A stretch of 63,610 nucleotides of DNA, counting the filler, from Collodictyon triciliatum (lineage: Eukaryota): assembly GCA_043381765.1 (NCBI GenBank). It is 4 parts of 4 records of this genome, joined end to end, with 100 filler letters (N's around TTAATTAATTAA, not from the genome) between each part and the next. Parts side by side here need not be neighbours in the genome. Positions count along the whole stretch, not along the records: positions 44,777 to 59,294 come from JBHJMP010000960.1; positions 59,395 to 63,610 come from JBHJMP010001032.1; 2 more parts are not named here. The stretch is one strand, 5' to 3'. A model generated the notes under the pieces. That model ran no database searches. It was not told where the DNA came from and was given only the letters and a program-made list of their open reading frames with translations. A program made the translations under genes and the position numbers. Shown in pieces: positions 56,903 to 63,610 of this stretch (position 1 is the first letter of the stretch; every line of letters begins with the position of its first letter).

Positions 56903-58771
56903 ATGAGCAACGACGATAATGCTATGAGCTTAGACGAAATCATCCGTGAGAAAAAGTCGCACTCGTCCGGAGGAGTTCGTAGTGGAAGAAACCGCAATGG
57001 AGGCCAACGCAGCGAACAGAAGCCCTCGCCCGGAAAGGCCGGTCGCAAAACCCGAAACACGTCCTTCAGAGTAGGCTTTGAATATGTTTTTATTTATTTA
57101 TTCTAAAAAGAAAAAACACCGCTTCTTTTTATCTTCAGGTTTTCGCCTCTTTAACGTGGCATTTGGTTCACATAGTATACTTGACTACAACAAATGATGT
57201 GTCGCTGTGCTTTTTGCTTTTTGCTTTTTGCTTTTCTGACTGCAACTCTCACCTTGAAAGTCTGACGGACCAAGTGAAAAGCGTCCCTCGGTGAACGATG
57301 AGTGGAAGCACGACAAGTTCGTTGCGGAGGTCAAGGTAGCGTGATCACTCATCCAACACATTCTTGTGCCTTTCTTCATATGCAACAAAGGTATAGAGAA
57401 GCTGGTTAAAAAAAAAAAGAAGAAAAAAGAAGAGTCTGCCAGTTGTTGGACCAAACATGAACCATCAGACGGGGATTACATACAAACATAGAGGGAAAAA
57501 ACCACACAAAAGACCTCTCTACTCCTTGCTGCTCTTGCTCTTGCTCTTGGTTTATCTTTTGAAACCAAGGCATGGAGCATGAGTCACTTGCATGACCTTC
57601 TTCTCTTGCAGTGGTTTACGCGCCACAAGAACTGATATGATCCGACGATCACACATATGCCCAATAGAACAAAAAAAACAACAAAAAAAGAAAAAGAAAA
57701 TAGAATAGAATGAACATGAAAAGCTTGCACACAATTAGTCCTCTGCCTTTCATGTCCTCGGACAGCTTTCACTCGTGCGAGAGACGTCTAACATAACAAC
57801 TCCCTCTTAGAATGCCGGCCGCTCAGCCAGCCGAAGAGTCATTGTGAAGGCCGACCACTCGTCCGAGGCCCAAGAAGTGACTGTGTTGGAGATCTCCAAC
57901 CTTCACTACAACGTGACCGAGGATCAGCTCGGGGTATGTCCAGAGGCGATACAAACCTCCCACCCGCTTTAATATCACCCTCCAACAAAGAGAAAGATAT
58001 GGATCTTGTTTCAAAGATAAAGCGCAACATACCATTTACATATCCATCATTCCCTTCAGTCATGCGCGATGTCTCGATGGATTCATATATTAAATCGCCC
58101 AATCTTTGCAGGATGTGTTCCGCAAGTATGGAGGATTCAAGAAAGCCCGAATCAACTTTGATCACAGCGGACGCTCCAACGGGACCGGCGCGGTGATCTT
58201 TACAAACCGGGCCTCTGCAAACAAAGCACAAGGCGAATACGACGGCGTTGAACTCGAAGGCTCGGCGATGTCCATTCAGATCGTCAGGCCTGAAGGGTTA
58301 GTCTGATCAACTCGAAATATTCTTCCGGGCTTCTTTTATCTTTTTTTTTCTTTTTTGCTTCTTAGCTTTTCCTTTTTTTATTATCACTCTTAGTAGACGC
58401 AATCAAAGCCAAAGCCAAAGACAGAACTCTGAACGTGGAAGCCGAGGACGAAGCCGTGGCCGCAGTCGCAACGGCGGACGAGGAAACGCGGGTGGCCGCT
58501 CTGCTGGAAAGTGATTGCTTTTTTAATCAAGCTCCTTCTGCTTCTCTTTTCTTTCTTCTTGCAAAGGAGGGACACATACCGTACTTTGGATTGTCCTTGC
58601 CATGATTCCATGACTCCATCTTCCGTGCTCATACGCGTGTGGTGGTTCATATGTTTTGATCATCACGCGTGATGGTGAGGAATGACTCACTCTTGCGTCT
58701 TGCATCGCAGGGGCGACACAAACATGACCGTCGACTCCCTCGACCAGCAACTGGAAAGCTACAATGCTTAA
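56903..58771 (+). CDS. ALYREF: mRNA export adaptor ALY/REF (THOC4, Yra1 family), 6 exons
   Basis: N-terminal UAP56-binding motif MSLDEII, WKHDKF motif, RRM (LEISNLHYNVTEDQLGDVFRKYG...INFDHSGRSNGTGAVIF...YDGVELEG), RG-rich segment and C-terminal MTVDSLDQQLESY motif. Confidence 0.9.
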
Positions 58772-58897
58772 AGGCATCAATTACTGCACTTGTGCTGAGT
58801 CATTTGCTCCTCTTTTTTTTCTCTCTCTCTTTTTTTAATAAAAATAATCGCGAATCACGTCTGCTTGCTGCAGTGACTCTGAAGCGCCGTTCATCGC

Positions 58898-58984
58898 TCT
58901 TTGGAGCCAATGATTTTTTTCCTTTATTCGAAGTCTTTGGAGCCAATGATTTTTTTCCTTTATTCGAAGTCTTGGAGCCAATGA
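58898..58984. repeat. 36-bp tandem repeat, about 2.4 copies, downstream of the ALYREF stop
   Basis: TCTTTGGAGCCAATGATTTTTTTCCTTTATTCGAAG twice plus a partial third unit. Confidence 0.9.
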
Positions 58985-59294
58985 CGATTAGTTTTCCTTT
59001 CGTCTTTTTCCTCTTCCCTTTTTTTTTCTGCATCGCGTTCTGTCGACGTCATCACCTGCGCGCTGATTAATCCGCTCGGTCTTGATGGGGCGGGCAGAAG
59101 CGACTTTTCTTGCTTGCGAACCAGTGGACGCTCCACGCACGATCGTTCACACGCAAAACCACTCTGGGGGGCTGTGGTAGACCACTTGACCGAGTCACCC
59201 ACACAGCACCATCCCTTGGGCTACACGTTCCTCTCTTCGGGCTTTACAAAAAAACAAAAAAAAAACAAAAAAAAACAAAAACAAACAAAAAAAT

Positions 59295-59394
59295 NNNNNN
59301 NNNNNNNNNNNNNNNNNNNNNNNNNNNNNNNNNNNNNNTTAATTAATTAANNNNNNNNNNNNNNNNNNNNNNNNNNNNNNNNNNNNNNNNNNNN
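59295..59394. other. Artificial contig spacer 44N-TTAATTAATTAA-44N
   Basis: Same construct as the other two spacers. Confidence 0.97.
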
Positions 59395-59555
59395 GGGGGG
59401 GAGGGGGGGGGGGGGGGGTGGGGGGGTGGGGGGGGGGGGGGGGGGGGAGGGGGGGGGGGGGGGGAAGCTCTTGTTTTATCACCGGGCATAAAATTTGAGT
59501 ATTTGATACTTATACATATTGAGGTAAATAGAATGATTCATTGTGAAACGTTTAC

Positions 59556-62500
59556 CTGCATCACAGGACCCATATGGATTGCTCAACCCTTTATTTGGAC
59601 AATAGCTTTTAGGAGGACAGAGGAGGCATGCATCTGAGCTAACCGACCTCGGTGTAGGATTGTATGTTCCCTCATCACATGGGATTGGGAAAATAGAACT
59701 CGATGGACAGTATGCACCCTGAGGACAATCTAGAGTGTGGGGAGCAGCTTCGAGTGGACAATATTGTCTAGTAGGAAAATAATGATATTGTTAAAAAAAA
59801 AAAAAAAAGATGGTATATTGATTTTTTGAAGAATATGTCCAGATGGTATGAATGGTAATCAATTATTATTCCCCCTCCTCCATCCCTCAGCGGATTACAT
59901 TTAGGTATATCTTATCCAAAAATAAAATATCCAACCCTTCAGGACATATCAAGCACGAATCTCTGGTAGTAAAAGGGTTGTAGGTGCCGCTTGGACATGG
60001 GTATGGCTTGGATGAGTTCTGAGTTGAATAGTAGCCAGCAGGCGATGGATTCTGGTCGGCACGAAAAGATCCATCCGGGCAATAGTAACCTTTCAAGCAG
60101 CCCCCGTTGGGAGTGGTACGGCCAGGTGACTGAAAAGACCAAGCGTTGAGTAATTATGGGCTTCGTTAATATGTATTAAAGTAAAAAGTCAATTCAATCA
60201 TACTATACATTAGAGAACGTCAAGTTATTCCTCTTGTAATAAATCAAATAAATATGAAAAGGCTGTGAGAGGGTTACGTAACAGTTGCAGTGTTGGGAAA
60301 TATAGAAAGTAAAACCACAGCTTAGTCAGGTAAGGGGAGTAAAACCTCGCAGTAGAAACCCGCCGGGCATTTGTTACAGTCAGACACTAATGCGCCTCCT
60401 GCCTGGCTGCGTAATGTTGATATCGGACAAGGGATTGGGCTCGATGTTCCTGAGGGACAAAAGTGGCCTGGTGGGCACATAGTTTCGGTCGATATGGTGG
60501 AACCTTCGGGACAATAGTAACCTAATGAGGTGGTAATGGTTACGCGAATGTTTGAAGCCATCTTATGATAAGTACGCCGGAATAGCAAGTATCACGGAAG
60601 TAAACTGGGTTTTGTAAAACAATTGATGCACTGGAGATTAAAATCTTACCATCTGTGCAAAGACCGCTTATAGTTTTTTGCCCAAGGGAAGAGCAAAAGG
60701 AGCCCTGTGGGCATTGGGTGCACTCAGTCGACGTCCTTAATCCTACCGAGCTTGAGTAAGTACCAAGTGGACATGGGAGTGGCTCTAGAGTCCCAGTATG
60801 GCAATAGAATCCAGCTGGGCATATGGTCGGCTGGGCTGACCCTGTCTCACAGAAATAACCAGGTAAACAATTTCTGCAGGAGGCACCTGACACAGACCTC
60901 GGGTCAGGGTTGTAAGTTCCTCCAGGGCAGGGCATTTCTGTCGGAGAAGAGCTACCCTCCACGCAAAAGTGCCCAGGTGAGCATACTCCAGATGGCCCAC
61001 TCTTTCCAGCCTCACAGAAATACCCTGCTGGACAAACGATACAGTCAAGAATACTGGAGGCCCCAGGAGATGGATTGTAAGATCCAGATGGGCAAGATAC
61101 TGGAGCCACCGTAGCTTCAGGACAGTAGTAACCGATTGGACAAGGATGGAGATGGTCTGATGGTATATTTTTCAATCCTGCAGGACAAAAATTACCAGCA
61201 GGACACTTGTTTCTGTTCATTTGGTCATATGATGTGGCTGGAAGATTGCAGTAGTATCCTGGCGAGCATCTGGTGCACTCCCGTTGGCCTATATCAGAGT
61301 ATGTACCAGGAAGACAGGGTACCGGCTCGACAGTCGCTTCACTGCAACGCATACCTGCAGGGCACAGTAAGCAATCAAACGGATTCATGATACCTGTCTG
61401 GTTCGAGTATGTCCCTGAACTACAGCTAATAGGTCCAGAACTCCCTTCCAAGCAAAAGTAACCTTCAGGGCAAAGTTGGCAGTCATCTGCTCTTCTTAGA
61501 CCCACTTGAGGAGAGAATGTGCCCGCTGGGCATGGATACTGGAATTCAGCTGCAGTTCCTAATGGACAGTAGTATCCGGCTGGACACTCTCCAGATAGTC
61601 GGTTGTCACCTCCAGTGCAATATGAGCCAGATGGGCAGCTAACACATCCCTCCTGCGATGATAGCCCCGGTGTATTTGAAAATGTTCCTGGTGGGCATGG
61701 ATTCTGGGTGTCGTACGGAGTTCCAACAGGACAAAAGTAGCCTTCAGGGCAGATAGTAGGTGGCTTAGTAATCCCTCCGGTTCCTTTTGTACAGACAAAG
61801 CCTTTCGGACATGGCTGACAATCGTATAAAGACATGGCATCGAATCTATCAGTATATGTCCCAGCAGGGCACTGAATCATAGAAGAGAGTGTACTGCCCG
61901 TTGGGCAATAATGCCCTGGAGAGCATGATTGCAAATGAAATCCAGTGAATGCGGTACAAGTAAATCCTGGGGGACAAGGGCGACAAAAAGAGCTACTGGT
62001 TGCCCCAGTGGTTGGGTTGTAGGTGCCAGCTTGGCAGGATACTGGGTATATGGAGGCTTCTGGACAGTAATATCCAGGGTAGCAGGGGGTGCACTCTCCT
62101 TCTTCCTTCAGGCCAGTGCGGTAGTTACTGAATGTTCCCGCAGGGCATGGGTATTGATGTTCCAGACTAGTGCCCTCGGGACAATAGTGGCCAAGGGGAC
62201 AAAAAAAGGAGGTGGGCTGGACAGTGGCTATGCCGCAATATGACCCAGCAGGACAAGGCAAACAGGAGCTTTGGTCTCTTTGCATCGGTAACATGTTATA
62301 AGTTCCGTTCGAACAAGGCGTCAATTGGTATGTCTTGGAGCCGATGGGGCAGTAGTAGCCAGGAGGGCAAACAAGACCTTCGATATAAGGATCTGACGTA
62401 CCCATTGGACAATAGAACCCAGCAGGACAACTTTTGCAGTCTGTGGAATTCTTGCTGTTAGATGACGGGTTGTATGTTCCGGCAGGGCATGGTCGATATC

Positions 62501-63267
62501 CAAGACCGCTTTCGCAAAATCCACCCTTATTTAAATAGGGAAGACACACATTTGAGTGGATTTAGTAGTAAAATATTGCGTGGGGTGATGTAAAAAAAAA
62601 AGATATAATTCAGCAAAACTTTTCATACTGGTATATATTGTCTCCCAAAATATGATATGTATATGAGCATGCTAACCGGTTGGCATTCACTCTCAAGGGG
62701 CGTTGGTGAATATTCATTTGATGAGCAAGAGTATCCATCAGAGCATGTCGTGCAATTAGCTTGGCCAGAGTAGCTATAGGATGAGGCTGGGCAAAGTAAT
62801 GGGTTGGTTGAACCATCGGGGCAAAAGGTACCAGCAGGGCATATAAGACACTTGTGAGACCGTGGTGGGCTGTAGTATCCAGTGGGGCATTTGATGGGGG
62901 TATTTCTATTTAAAAATAATATAGATTAATGTGTTAAGTGTGTTTGCATTAAAAAAAATTGTTCTGTTGTTCCTCATTTCATTCCTAATAGTGTTATTAC
63001 TGTTAGGTGGGATAAAAAAATATTGATTGGATCTATATGGAATGTCATGAAGCGCTTATATAGTTAACTTAAATTTCTTAATGGAGAAAAAAAGGGGATA
63101 TTGAAATTCGAGTATGCTTACGCCTCTGTTAGGCAGTATGAACCTCCGGGGCAGGCTTGGCAGGATATAGAATTTTCTTGGGAGTATGTTCCCTTGGGGC
63201 ATGGAATGATGTTCACTGTGGCCACGCCAGGGCAAATCGAACCTGCAGGGCAAGATGTGCACGTCGC
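59556..63267 (-). CDS. Large cysteine-rich GCC2/GCC3 (Ephrin_rec_like) repeat protein, internal fragment (6 exons, open at both ends)
   Basis: Dozens of CPAGxYCPxG and PCPAGTY(N/S)..G....C..C units. Exons at about 63267-63122, 62905-62677, 62525-60650, 60521-60346, 60129-59936 and 59767-59556 splice in frame with GT-AG. Confidence 0.9.
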
Positions 63268-63404
63268 CTGATGGGATACACATTTCCAAATCCAATCATT
63301 AATTATTCGTACGAACAGCAGAAATAAATGATGTGTCCATAGGAAATAAGTATCAGCATGTAAGAAGCAAGTAATAAATTCGATAATTCATTTGAATTTT
63401 TGTT

Positions 63405-63610
63405 CCTTTTTGTTGTTTTTTTGTTGTTTTTTGTTGTTTTTTGTTGTTTTTTGTTGTTTTTTGTTGTTTTGTTGTTTTGTTGTTTTGTTGTTTTGTTGTT
63501 TTGTTGTTTTGTTGTTGCTCTATTTAGTTTATCCTTTCTTCTATTTTGCATTCTTTTGCATTCTTTTGCATTCTTTTGCATTCTTTTGCATTCTTTTGCA
63601 TACTTTTGCA
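63405..63610. repeat. Compound simple repeats (TTGTTGTTT)n, (TTGTTGTT)n and (TTCTTTTGCA)n
   Basis: Direct reading; intronic relative to the minus-strand Cys-rich gene. Confidence 0.93.

Noticed and set aside
58898-58984. 36-bp repeat of CRISPR-like length
   Set aside because: Head-to-tail units with no spacers, no cas genes, and a eukaryotic context just downstream of a stop codon.
59395-59464. G-rich tract (and poly-C at 29543-29564) as G-quadruplex or telomere-like signals
   Set aside because: Homopolymers at contig ends, with unreliable sequence and no regular telomeric unit.

Overview
Eukaryotic nuclear DNA from an extremely intron-rich, flagellated organism using the standard genetic code, probably a protist. 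The window is four contigs joined by artificial 100-nt spacers (44N-TTAATTAATTAA-44N), so adjacency across 29565, 44677 and 59295 is not evidence of linkage. Contig 1 holds an outer-arm beta-type axonemal dynein heavy chain (101 exons traced by hand, 3' end missing). It has three GC-AG introns, one probable U12-type intron and very degenerate splice sites. Contig 2 holds a RING-Bbox-coiled coil-NHL (TRIM-NHL-like) gene with a frameshift before its sixth NHL blade, DNAL4/LC10, a monofunctional formate-tetrahydrofolate ligase with a predicted mitochondrial-type presequence, a PH+LRR gene, and two copies of a 110-bp SINE-like repeat. Contig 3 holds an unusual Roco gene (LRR-Roc-COR-non-RD kinase-SAM-like-LRR), an ALYREF/Yra1 gene and a weak small minus-strand gene. 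Contig 4 holds part of a large Cys-rich GCC2/GCC3-repeat gene. The most interesting element is the Roco gene: its LRR region is a mosaic of 16 symmetric phase-0 exon cassettes, making it a candidate diversifying immune-type sensor. All gene models were spliced by eye and have no transcript support.
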